Source: Rhizobium sp. Q54 (GTDB taxonomy: Bacteria; Pseudomonadota; Alphaproteobacteria; Caulobacterales; Caulobacteraceae). Taken from it: a stretch of 64,000 nt of DNA. Location of the stretch: assembly GCA_943369795.1 (NCBI GenBank), contig CALROO020000016.1, positions 11,104 through 75,103 on the forward strand, in the 5' to 3' direction. The position numbers and the translations under genes are program-made. Every line of letters starts with the position of its first letter. Within the stretch, counting starts at the first letter, position 1. Below the pieces are notes generated by a model. That model made no database searches. It was given only the letters and a program-made list of their open reading frames with translations, and was not told the origin of the DNA. Positions 20,001 to 29,516 of this stretch are shown piece by piece.

Positions 20001-20139
20001 CATTCCGGCGATCTTCACCATCGTGGACGACGTCAGCGGCTGGGCCCGCCGCCGCATGGGCAAGGCCTTCGCCGGCCAGCGTCAAGGCCCGCACGATCGC
20101 GCGCCAGCGCATGACGGGACGCCTCAACCGGCCGAGTAG
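17035..20139 (+). CDS. RND efflux transporter permease (AcrB/AcrD/AcrF family)
   Basis: 1034 aa; GILVDDAIVEIENI, GIAAKNSILLVD, RARPILMTT. Confidence 0.96.
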   Translation: MNNISSWAIKNPIPIILLFVLLTVGGLVGFMGMRINNNPDIAFPLVSITAARPGAAPAEMETQVTRLIEDSLAGQSGVRQITSQILDGVSITTVQFELETDVERATNDTRNAVSQLRADLPQDMQEPTVARIDITGDALITYVVRSGTMSPEQISWFVDNTISRQLLAIPGVGEVNRSGGVDREIRVELDPDRLNAYGVTAAQISQALTSVNNNLPGGRITVGGSERAIRTVGQAGSVDQLAATLIPLSAGRTIRLDQLGTVSDSWTEPRTLARFNGQEAVTFSFLRSREASEVTVADRVRERVAELDEANPQLEIEQVTASVEYIEESYLASLEALALGAFLAVVVVFIFLRDWRATLIAATAMPLSLIPTFMILEPLNQSLNVVTLLALSLTIGILVDDAIVEIENIVRHMRDGKSPYDASMEAADEIGLAVVATTATIIAVFAPVGFMPGIIGQFFKAFALAACVSVAFSLVVARTLTPLMAAYLLRHHKHEDRDPPWMRTYLKMLRWCLGNRWKVFGMGIALFIGTGAIAPMVPFEFQPSGDQSRAAFSVETPPGSTLRETDAIVQRLTRDLRARPEVVSVYAAIGGQDVNQANVYADMVPKGDRDLSQQAFAREMVDSWDGIAGARIGAGIAIQGGGPSDGTTYTFALLGDDPATLAAASRAVEAEMRTVPGLANVINTASIARPEIVVTPRPDQAALMGVSAQTISQAVRVATLGDVDQALAKYNLGDRQIPIRILLNPDARENLAVIENLRVPNGEGTPIPLSAVADVSFGSGPSQVLRQDRSRIASITAELNGIRSGEASAAVLQLPSVQNLPEGVRQVAAGDEEFIQEMISGFTIAFITGILLMYAVLVLLFKSFAYPITIMAALPLAIGGAFVALLIGGSSFSISSLIGVLMLMGIAAKNSILLVDYVIIAEKEGMPRFEAIMDAAHKRARPILMTTFAMGAGMIPVAVGWGADVEFRQPMAIAVVGGLISSTLLSLLYIPAIFTIVDDVSGWARRRMGKAFAGQRQGPHDRAPAHDGTPQPAE

Positions 20140-20162
20140 ATAGCGACGTTTCTGTCTGCTCT

Positions 20163-20341
20163 CTTCTTTCGTCATTCCGGGCGCAGCGCAGCGGAGACCC
20201 GGAACCCAGCTGCGCCGAAGGCGATCTTTTCAGTCAAACTGTTTGACGCCAGTATCCGCGACAGGTTCGCGCTCGCGCGCGCCGCTGGGGTCCGGGTCTG
20301 CGGATCGCTTCGCTCACCTTCGCCCGGAATGACGAAAGAAG
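20163..20341. repeat. CGTC-type palindromic REP/MITE-like element
   Basis: Perfect 21-bp terminal inverted repeat CTTCTTTCGTCATTCCGGGCG (20163-20183 / 20321-20341) plus an inner inverted pair AGACCCGGA(A/C)CCCAGC. Confidence 0.8.
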
Positions 20342-20398
20342 GCGGCGAACGCTCTCCAGTCTGCCAGTCGCCTCGATCCACAACAGCACGCGGCCCAC

Positions 20399-20432
20399 AA
20401 AAGAAAACCGGCCGGGGTCGCCCCCGGCCGGT
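20399..20432 (-). terminator. Intrinsic terminator of the TonB-dependent receptor gene
   Basis: ACCGGCCGGGG-N4-CCCCGGCCGGT stem followed by a T-rich tail on the minus strand. Confidence 0.8.
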
Positions 20433-20459
20433 CGGTAGTTTCGGCCTCTTGCGGGCCGA

Positions 20460-23105
20460 TCAGTATTTGAAGCGGACCGTGGCGCCGAAGGTGCGGGGCT
20501 GGCCCAGGAAGGCGTCGTAGGTCTGGGTGTCCAGGGCCGGGTTGTAGAAGGTGCCGTTGGGCTGGACCGTCCGCTGGAACGCCGTGCCTTGCAGCGGGGC
20601 GTTGTAGGCGACCTGGATATATTCCTCGTCGGTCAGGTTCTGAGACCAGATGTCCAGGGTCCAGCGGTCATCCTCGGTGCCGAACGAGATGCGGCCGTTG
20701 ACCAGGGTCAGGTCGTCCTGTTGCTTGGCGGGCAGGTTGTCCGAACCGGTGTTATATTCGGTCGTATACTTCGCCTGCATGCTGAGGCCGAACCGCAGGC
20801 CGTTGCCGATCGAGCGGTCGAAGTTGAAGCCGGCGGTGGCCGACCATTCCGGCGCGAACGACGGGGCATTGCCCGGCAGCAGCGACAACTGCGGGAAGTT
20901 GGCCGGCGAGGCCAGTTCCGCCGCCGTGAAGTTCGAGAAGGCCGCGTCCGTATAGGTCAGACCGGCCGACAGGCTGAGGCCCTCGATGGGGGTGAACCAC
21001 AGGAAGTCGGCGTCGACGCCGCGGGTGGTCAGCTCGGGGATCGATTCCACCACGAAGGCGGTGCCGAGGAAGGTGTTGAGCTGGAAATTCTCGAATGTCT
21101 GGTCGAAATAGGTGGCGTTCAGCAGGACCGAGCGATTGAACAGGGTCGCCTTGAAGCCCAGTTCGTAGCTGTCGACCGTTTCCGACGGGAAGAACAGGGT
21201 GGCGTTCGGCGTGATGCCGGCCTGCACCCGATCCAGGTTGTAGCCGAACGACTTGTAGCCCCGCGCGAACGAACCGTAGGTCAGCAGCCAGTCGGTCGGG
21301 CGATAGGCCAGTTTGACGGTGCCGCTGATCTCGCTGTCGTTGACCTCTTCGCGGATCTTGCGGTTGCCATAGGCGGAGTTGGCCCAGGGCAGGCAGATGT
21401 TGGCCAGGAAAATAGGGGCGTTGGCACCCAGTACCTGACCGATTGCACCAGCATTGCCCAAGGCCGCGTTACAGGTGTTGCCGTTGCCATTCTGGTTGGT
21501 CTGGAGACCGTCCAGCGACTTGTTGTCGTAGGTGTAGCGCAGGCCCACCGTCAGATCGAGCTGCTCGGTGAAGTGGAAGGTGTTGTTGGTGAACAGGGCG
21601 ATCGATTCCGACGCCTGGCTATACTTGTCCTCGGCACCCTGGCCGACGATGAAGCCGGGGCCTGTCGCCTGGAATGCGGGAACGGTGACGAGGGTGCCGC
21701 CTGGGCCGAACGGGCCGCGACCGCTGCCACCGGTCTGCAAGCAGGCTCCGAACGACTGAGCGGTTTGCCCGGGGCGAGTGAAGCAGCCGATGATGCCGGG
21801 GCTGACCGGGATCGCCGGGTTGGCACCGTTGATGTTGGCCGACAGGAGGAACGACAGGAAAGGCGTGTAGTCTGCCCCAAAATAGTAGCTGTCGGTCCGG
21901 GCGATGTCTTCCTTGGTGGCGAAGAAGCCGACCAGCCAGTCCAGCTTGTCAGTGGCCCCTGCCAGACGGAATTCCTGAGTCAGATTGTCGACCTTGAAGC
22001 CGTAGTCGCCGTCATCGACGCGGTACAGGATGTCGGCGCCGGTGAAGTCCAGATCCTGGCCGTTGGAGGTCGACCAAGAGCGCCACGAGGTGACGCTGGT
22101 CAGGGTCGCGTCACCCCAGCGGTTCAGGTCGATGTTGGCCTCGGCCGACAGACCCTTGTCCTCGATCTCCTGGCCCGTCGAACGGTTAGCATAGGCCGTG
22201 CGCGAGAACGGCAGGGTGCCGAAGCCCGCGGCCGGCGGACGCTGGCCGGTGCCGTTCGAGAGACCATCGATGAAGGGGTAGGTCTGGCCGGTGCGGATCT
22301 GGGTGCCGACGCAGCAGTATTCGTCGCGCTTGGCATAGTCGGCGATCAGCCGGACCGAGACGCTGTCGCTGGGCAGGACCAGCAGCTGGCCGCGAACGGT
22401 CCAGAAGTCCTGGTTCTGGTCGTCGGTCTCGGTGCGGGGACCATCGCCCAGGTCGATGTCGTTGAAGCCGTCGCGCGTCCGCTTGGCGGCATACAGGCGG
22501 AAGGCGGTGGTGTCGTTGATCGGACCGGTGACAGAGCCCGACACGCCCATGGCGTCATAGTTGCCGTAGGTCGCCTCGGCCGAATAGCCAGGGGTGAACG
22601 AGGGGGCCTCGGTGATGATGTTGACGACGCCGGCCGAGGTGTTCTTGCCGAACAGCGTGCCTTGCGGTCCTTTGAGGACCTCGATCCGGCTCAGTTCGCC
22701 CAGATCGCCGAAGCCGACGCCGTTGCGCGAGCGATAGACTCCGTCGATCACCACGCCCACCGAGCTTTCCAGGCCGGGGTTGTCACCGACGGTGCCGACG
22801 CCGCGGATACGCACGGTGGTCGAGGCTTCGTTGGTGGTCGAGGTCACGGTCATGCCAGGCGTCAGGATGGTCAGATCCTTGATGTCCTTGACGCCCGCGT
22901 CGGCCAGCACTTCCTGCGACAGGGAAGTGACCACGATCGGCACGTCCTGAAGGCTCTGTTCGCGCTTCTGGGCGGTGACGATGATGTCGTCGACGGTCGT
23001 CGCCGGCTCTTGGTCCTGGGCCGAGGCGGTTCCGGCAAAACCGAAGGCGACGGCGCCGACGACGGCGGCGGACGCGGTGCAACGAAGAATTTGAGTAAGA
23101 CGCAT
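20460..23105 (-). CDS. TonB-dependent receptor
   Basis: Signal peptide; TonB box DIIVTAQKREQSLQDVP; RIEVLKGPQGTLFGKN; C-terminal PRTFGATVRFKY. Confidence 0.96.
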   Translation of the reverse strand: MRLTQILRCTASAAVVGAVAFGFAGTASAQDQEPATTVDDIIVTAQKREQSLQDVPIVVTSLSQEVLADAGVKDIKDLTILTPGMTVTSTTNEASTTVRIRGVGTVGDNPGLESSVGVVIDGVYRSRNGVGFGDLGELSRIEVLKGPQGTLFGKNTSAGVVNIITEAPSFTPGYSAEATYGNYDAMGVSGSVTGPINDTTAFRLYAAKRTRDGFNDIDLGDGPRTETDDQNQDFWTVRGQLLVLPSDSVSVRLIADYAKRDEYCCVGTQIRTGQTYPFIDGLSNGTGQRPPAAGFGTLPFSRTAYANRSTGQEIEDKGLSAEANIDLNRWGDATLTSVTSWRSWSTSNGQDLDFTGADILYRVDDGDYGFKVDNLTQEFRLAGATDKLDWLVGFFATKEDIARTDSYYFGADYTPFLSFLLSANINGANPAIPVSPGIIGCFTRPGQTAQSFGACLQTGGSGRGPFGPGGTLVTVPAFQATGPGFIVGQGAEDKYSQASESIALFTNNTFHFTEQLDLTVGLRYTYDNKSLDGLQTNQNGNGNTCNAALGNAGAIGQVLGANAPIFLANICLPWANSAYGNRKIREEVNDSEISGTVKLAYRPTDWLLTYGSFARGYKSFGYNLDRVQAGITPNATLFFPSETVDSYELGFKATLFNRSVLLNATYFDQTFENFQLNTFLGTAFVVESIPELTTRGVDADFLWFTPIEGLSLSAGLTYTDAAFSNFTAAELASPANFPQLSLLPGNAPSFAPEWSATAGFNFDRSIGNGLRFGLSMQAKYTTEYNTGSDNLPAKQQDDLTLVNGRISFGTEDDRWTLDIWSQNLTDEEYIQVAYNAPLQGTAFQRTVQPNGTFYNPALDTQTYDAFLGQPRTFGATVRFKY

Positions 23106-23336
23106 GAAACGGCTCCCGATCCTGTGCCCGAGCACCGTCAGAGCGGCGTCGTGGCGATTCCTGAATTCCCTGATCCGCGTCCTTCTGACGTGACGGCGGA
23201 TTCTTGAGCCTCTGGCGTAATCCAAGCCGCGCACAGCGACAAGCGATCGCAGGGGCGGGGCCGCATTTCAGCCTCGCCACAGCACCCTGTGTGACGCAAA
23301 AGCGACAAAAAACGATGCCCTTAGGTCAATATTCGC

Positions 23337-24578
23337 CTAGTTCGGCTGAGTATCGGGAGAGATTTCGCCAGATGGCTCGCTCAAGTGAACGGCCTTCAGT
23401 TTGCGCCGCTGCCGTGCCGCGACCGCCAGCACGATGGCCGCGCCGATGCCGGACAGGACCGAGCCCCCGATCACGCCCAGCTTGACCTCGACTTGTTCGG
23501 GCGAATCCACCGCGCCGGGGAAGGCCAGCGCGCCGATGAACAGGCTCATGGTGAAGCCGATCCCGGTTAGCAGGCTGACGCCGTACAACTGGAGCCAGGT
23601 CGCGCGCGACGGACGCTTGCCGATCTTCAGCGCCGAGGCCAGCCAGGTCATGCCCAGCACCCCGGCCTGCTTGCCGATAAACAGTCCCATCGCGATGGCC
23701 AGGACCAGTGGCGCGAACGCCTGTTCCAGCGACAGGCCCGCGAACGATACCCCCGCCTTGGCGAAGGCGAACAGCGGCAAGACAAGATAGGCGTTCCAGG
23801 GATGCAGATCGTGCATCGCCTCCTTGAGCGGGCTCTGGCCATCGCAGTCTCGCGGCTCGACCGGCACGATCATGGCGAAGGCCACCGCTGTCAGGGATGT
23901 GCTGACGCCCGCCTGTACCGTCAGATACCATACGAGCGCGAACCCCAGCACCCAGAACGGCGGGCCGATCTTGTGCACCCGCCCAGCCACGGCTCCGATC
24001 GCGAGCACCGCCGCCACGCCCAGCAGCGGCATCCAGGCCACCCCCGAACTGAACAGGACGGCGATCAGCAGGATGGCCCCCAGGTCGTCGACGATGGCCA
24101 GGGTCAGCAGAAAAACCCTGAGCGACGACGGCAGCCCCTTACCCACCAAGGCGAAGACGGCCAGGGCAAACGCGATGTCGGTGGCCAGCGGGATCGGCCA
24201 GCCTTGATGCGGCGCCCCGATCATGCCGGAAAGCAGCAGATAGATTCCCGCCGGTGCCGCCATCCCGCCGATCGCGGCGAGGATGGGCGTGGCCAGCTTC
24301 TTCGGATCGCTGAGCTCGCCCTTGAGAATTTCGTATTTGATCTCCAGCCCGACCACGAGGAAGAAGATGGCCATCAGGCCTTCCTTGATCCATTCGCTGA
24401 TCGACTCCTGGATGACGATCGGTCCGATCTGGAGGATGTGCTCGCTCTTCAGCCAGCCAAAATAGGCGGCCGACAGCGGCGAGTTGGCCACGATCAGGGC
24501 GGCGATCGCCGCCAGCCCGAGCACGGCCCCGGAAGCCGCTTCGGTCTTGAGAAAGTCGAGTGTCAGTTTGCGCGCCAC
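23337..24578 (-). CDS. nhaA: Na+/H+ antiporter NhaA
   Basis: GLMAIFFL.VGLEIK, ATDIAFA, LAIVDDLG, GIGFTMSLFI. Confidence 0.96.
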   Translation of the reverse strand: MARKLTLDFLKTEAASGAVLGLAAIAALIVANSPLSAAYFGWLKSEHILQIGPIVIQESISEWIKEGLMAIFFLVVGLEIKYEILKGELSDPKKLATPILAAIGGMAAPAGIYLLLSGMIGAPHQGWPIPLATDIAFALAVFALVGKGLPSSLRVFLLTLAIVDDLGAILLIAVLFSSGVAWMPLLGVAAVLAIGAVAGRVHKIGPPFWVLGFALVWYLTVQAGVSTSLTAVAFAMIVPVEPRDCDGQSPLKEAMHDLHPWNAYLVLPLFAFAKAGVSFAGLSLEQAFAPLVLAIAMGLFIGKQAGVLGMTWLASALKIGKRPSRATWLQLYGVSLLTGIGFTMSLFIGALAFPGAVDSPEQVEVKLGVIGGSVLSGIGAAIVLAVAARQRRKLKAVHLSEPSGEISPDTQPN

Positions 24579-24599
24579 GGCGGCCTCCGATCAGAAAGG

Positions 24600-24690
24600 T
24601 CTGTTTCCGTGGCGCCCGGTTATCGACGGACGCCGGACCGGATTCGCCCTTACACACTCGGGCGCCGGCCTGGCTCGAACCGCCAAAACG
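24600..24690 (-). ncRNA. Probable nhaA-associated riboswitch (nhaA-II/Li+-type)
   Basis: 8-bp stem GGCGCCCG/CGGGCGCC (24666-24659 with 24618-24611) closing a 40-nt interior about 30 nt before the nhaA start. The family assignment is from recollection that nhaA-II occurs in Caulobacterales. Confidence 0.55.
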
Positions 24691-24791
24691 GCGAGCCTGA
24701 TCTCTGCGTGCAGGCATAAGGATTTCATAAGGACGGATCAATCGAAACCGGCGCGGTTGCGCACCGGAGCCGCCCGCCGCATCTGACGCAT

Positions 24792-26204
24792 ATGCCGATT
24801 TCCCCGACCTATCGCCCCGACCCCGCCTTCGCCGCCCTGGGGCCCGAGTTCGGCGATTCGGTCGCGGCCGCTTCGTTTCCCACGACGATCCTGCGTCATC
24901 GCAACGACCGAGCCGCCGCCGAGGTGGGCCTAGCCGATTTGACCGAGGCCGAATGGATCGCCCATTTCGGTCGGTTCCAGCCTCTGCCCGGACAAGCCGG
25001 TCCGATCGCCATGCGCTATCACGGGCACCAGTTCCGCCACTACAACCCTGACCTCGGTGACGGGCGAGGCTTTCTGGCGGCCCAGATGCGGGATGCCGAC
25101 AATCGCCTGCTGGACCTCGGCACCAAGGGCTCCGGCACCACACCCTGGTCCCGCGCGGGCGACGGGCGGTTGACGCTGAAGGGCGGCGTGCGTGAGGTGC
25201 TGGCCGCGACCATGCTGGAGGCGCAGGGCGTGCCGACCAGCCGGGCACTCAGCCTGATCGAGACCGGCGAGGCGCTGGAACGCGGCGACGAACCGTCCCC
25301 GACGCGGTCCGCCGTCCTGGTGCGGCTCCAGCACAGCCACGTCCGCTTCGGCACCTTCCAGCGCGCGGCCTACTTTGAACGCGCCGACCATATCGAGACC
25401 CTGATCGAGCATGTCCGATCGCTCTACCACCCCCAGGTCGCACCCGGCGACGCGCCCGGCCTGCTGTCCGCCATCGTCGAGGTCTCGGCCCGGTTGACGG
25501 CCCGCTGGATCGCTGCAGGTTTCGTGCACGGCGTGCTGAACACCGACAATCTGAACGTCACGGGCGAGAGTTTCGACTATGGCCCCTGGCGGTTCCTGCC
25601 CGCCTATGAGCCCGGCTTCACCGCCGCCTATTTCGATTCCAGCGGCCTCTATGCCTTCGCGCGTCAACCCGAGGCGGTGTTCTGGAACCTGACCCAGTTG
25701 GCCGGCTGCCTGAAATTGATCGCCGACGCCGCCCCGCTGACGGAGGCGCTGAACGGGTTCGGCCCCGCCTATATCCGCCATCTGCGCGCGGCCTTCCTCG
25801 ACCGGCTCGGCGTCAGATCGCTCGGCGAGGCGGCGGATCAGCGGCTGCTGGACACCACCCTGGCCCTGCTGCGCGAAGGCGGCGAGACGATGCGGTGGGA
25901 GCCGCTGTTCTTCGACTGGTTCACGGGCTTCGGATCGTCGGCGCGGGCGCTGTCGGGGCCCCGCGCCAAGCTCTATCAGACCAAGACCTTCGCCGACTTC
26001 CGCTTCGCCCTGTTCGAACACGAGCCCGACCGGCCCGAACGGCTGGAAGCTCCGCTGTTCGCGCAGCCTGAACCGGAAGAGATGTTGATCTACGAAGTCG
26101 AAGCGATCTGGGCCGCGATCGATCGCGGCGACGACTGGTCGCTTTTTTCCGACAAGCTCGGTCGATTGGAGACGATGCGGCGCGTCTATCAAACGCAAGG
26201 GTGA
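24792..26204 (+). CDS. selO: Protein adenylyltransferase SelO (YdiU family)
   Basis: YHGHQF..YN..LGDGRG, KGSG.TPWSR.GDGR, GFVHGVLNTDN, DYGP. Confidence 0.93.
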   Translation: MPISPTYRPDPAFAALGPEFGDSVAAASFPTTILRHRNDRAAAEVGLADLTEAEWIAHFGRFQPLPGQAGPIAMRYHGHQFRHYNPDLGDGRGFLAAQMRDADNRLLDLGTKGSGTTPWSRAGDGRLTLKGGVREVLAATMLEAQGVPTSRALSLIETGEALERGDEPSPTRSAVLVRLQHSHVRFGTFQRAAYFERADHIETLIEHVRSLYHPQVAPGDAPGLLSAIVEVSARLTARWIAAGFVHGVLNTDNLNVTGESFDYGPWRFLPAYEPGFTAAYFDSSGLYAFARQPEAVFWNLTQLAGCLKLIADAAPLTEALNGFGPAYIRHLRAAFLDRLGVRSLGEAADQRLLDTTLALLREGGETMRWEPLFFDWFTGFGSSARALSGPRAKLYQTKTFADFRFALFEHEPDRPERLEAPLFAQPEPEEMLIYEVEAIWAAIDRGDDWSLFSDKLGRLETMRRVYQTQG

Positions 26205-26390
26205 ACGCTGCCCGAAACCGACCGTGATCGATTAAGTCATCAATTGATGTCTTCAGCTGATGACATGAACAGAAAGCTGTGCCATACCCTTGCGGGCGAC
26301 GTCGGGTGAACCGATATCGCGACTGTTACAGTTAGCGTCCCGAACTCGCCTCCGCGTCCTCCCCGACACCCCCGTTTCAGAGCCCTTTCG

Positions 26391-26825
26391 ATGGCCAGCA
26401 CCTATCCGATGAGCCCCGCGCCGCTCAGCCCGCGCGCGCGCCAGAGCCGCGACTTCACCAACCTGGGCCTGTGGACCTTCCAGGGCTGGATCGCGATGTT
26501 CTTCATCGCCGCCGGCTATGCCAAGCTGACCGAGCCGATGGACAATCTGGCTATCCTGCTGCGCTGGCCCGAACAGGTCAGCGAAAGCCTGGTCCGCGGC
26601 GTCGGCATCGTCGAGATCGTATTGGCGATCGGGGTGCTGGTTCCACTGATCTCATGGAAGGTCGGACGCTGGCCGCTGCTGGTCTCGGCGACCGGGCTGA
26701 TCGCACTGCAAGCCACCATGCTGGCGGTTCACGCCGTCGGTCTGGATATCTCGCTGGCCGTGACCAATCTCGCCCTGCTGGCCATCACCATCCCCGTCCT
26801 GCTGGGCCGCCGCGCGCCGCGCTGA
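26391..26825 (+). CDS. DoxX family membrane protein
   Basis: LWTFQGWIAMFFIAAGYAKL...VGIVEIVLAIG; four TM segments. Confidence 0.8.
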   Translation: MASTYPMSPAPLSPRARQSRDFTNLGLWTFQGWIAMFFIAAGYAKLTEPMDNLAILLRWPEQVSESLVRGVGIVEIVLAIGVLVPLISWKVGRWPLLVSATGLIALQATMLAVHAVGLDISLAVTNLALLAITIPVLLGRRAPR

Positions 26826-26985
26826 CGCCTGCCGACCGGCATTTGTCGGAACAAAATTTCACCTGATCCCAGTCGCGCGCCCACTTCGCCCGCCAAGCGA
26901 AGGGGCGTCCGCAGGCCTGGCAGTCCTTGCTGGGCAGGTCGCCTTTCGACGGGGCGATGCCTTTATTGACGTGTTTACGCGCCAT
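26785..26985 (-). CDS. DUF2256 zinc-ribbon small protein
   Basis: DLPSKDCQACGRPFAWRAKWARDWDQVKFCSDKCR. Confidence 0.85.
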   Translation of the reverse strand: MARKHVNKGIAPSKGDLPSKDCQACGRPFAWRAKWARDWDQVKFCSDKCRSAGVSAARGGPAGRGW

Positions 26986-27005
26986 GCGGCGAACTGAAAC
27001 CTTCC

Positions 27006-27023
27006 CTTTACGTGCGCGTCAAG
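27006..27023. promoter_or_regulatory. LiuR-type operator
   Basis: CTTTACGTGCGCGTCAAG, a near-palindrome resembling TTTACGT-N2-ACGTAAA, just before the MerR-family gene. Confidence 0.65.
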
Positions 27024-27036
27024 TTATGAGCGTTTC

Positions 27037-27534
27037 ATGGCGACCGCAGACGACCATCGCACATATTCCATCCGGCAGCTGTGCCGCGAGTTCGGCGCGA
27101 CCGCCCGCGCCCTGCGCTTCTATGAGGACAAGGGGCTTCTGACCCCCGCCCGCAAGGGCCAGACCCGCGTTTATGACGCCCGCGACCGCGCCCGTCTGAA
27201 ACTGATCCTGCGGGGGCGCCGCATCGGCTTCACCCTGCATGAGATCCAGGACATGCTGGATCTGTATGACAGGAACGACGGCAACACTCATCAGATGGCC
27301 ATCGCCCTGCGCCGCCACCGCGCCCAGATCGAGGCCCTGAAACAGCAGCGTGAAGACCTCGATGCCGCCATCGAGACCGCCGAGGCCGCCTGTGCCGCGA
27401 TGGAGGAACGGCTGGCCAATCTTCGTCCCGACCTGCTGCCCGGTGCCGAGGATTACGAGTCCGTCCTGAGCGCGCGCCTCAACCATGATCACGACCATCA
27501 CCCGGTCCGCCATCCCTTCAAAGCGAGAGCCTGA
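27037..27534 (+). CDS. MerR family regulator (LiuR-like)
   Basis: YSIRQLCREFG.T.RALRFYEDKGLL.P.R.GQTRVY...DRARLKLILRG.RIGF.L.EI; precedes acyl-CoA dehydrogenases. Confidence 0.9.
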   Translation: MATADDHRTYSIRQLCREFGATARALRFYEDKGLLTPARKGQTRVYDARDRARLKLILRGRRIGFTLHEIQDMLDLYDRNDGNTHQMAIALRRHRAQIEALKQQREDLDAAIETAEAACAAMEERLANLRPDLLPGAEDYESVLSARLNHDHDHHPVRHPFKARA

Positions 27535-27539
27535 GCCCC

Positions 27540-29321
<1,782 letters not shown>

Positions 29322-29327
29322 ATCCTT

Positions 29328-29494
29328 CCCTCTCCCGTCGGGAGAGGGCTTGAGGCTCGGAGAGCGAAGCGATCCGCAAGCCGAAAGGGTGAGGGTCACG
29401 GTGCGAACCGGTGGATGCCAAACCCCTCACCCTTTCGCGCAAGGACGACGGCTGACGCCGCCGTGCGCTCAAGCCCTCTCCCGCTGGGAGAGGG
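29328..29494. repeat. CCCTCTCCC-type nested palindromic element
   Basis: 27-bp terminal inverted repeats (29328-29354 / 29468-29494, 2 mismatches), each itself a hairpin; inner pair CGAAAGGGTGAGGG / CCCTCACCCTTTCG. Confidence 0.85.
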
Positions 29495-29516
29495 TTTCAT
29501 AAAGCGGAGCCGACCC

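Noticed and set aside
16843-20175. Very long antisense or alternate-frame ORFs (for example 1110 aa opposite the RND permease, 884 aa at 5913-8567, 872 aa at 20589-23207)
   Set aside because: These are shadow ORFs expected in high-GC DNA. They overlap well-supported genes and carry no recognisable motifs.
29415-29516. Extended N-terminus of the second acyl-CoA dehydrogenase
   Set aside because: It is translated repeat sequence. The ATG at 29517 has a GGAG RBS.
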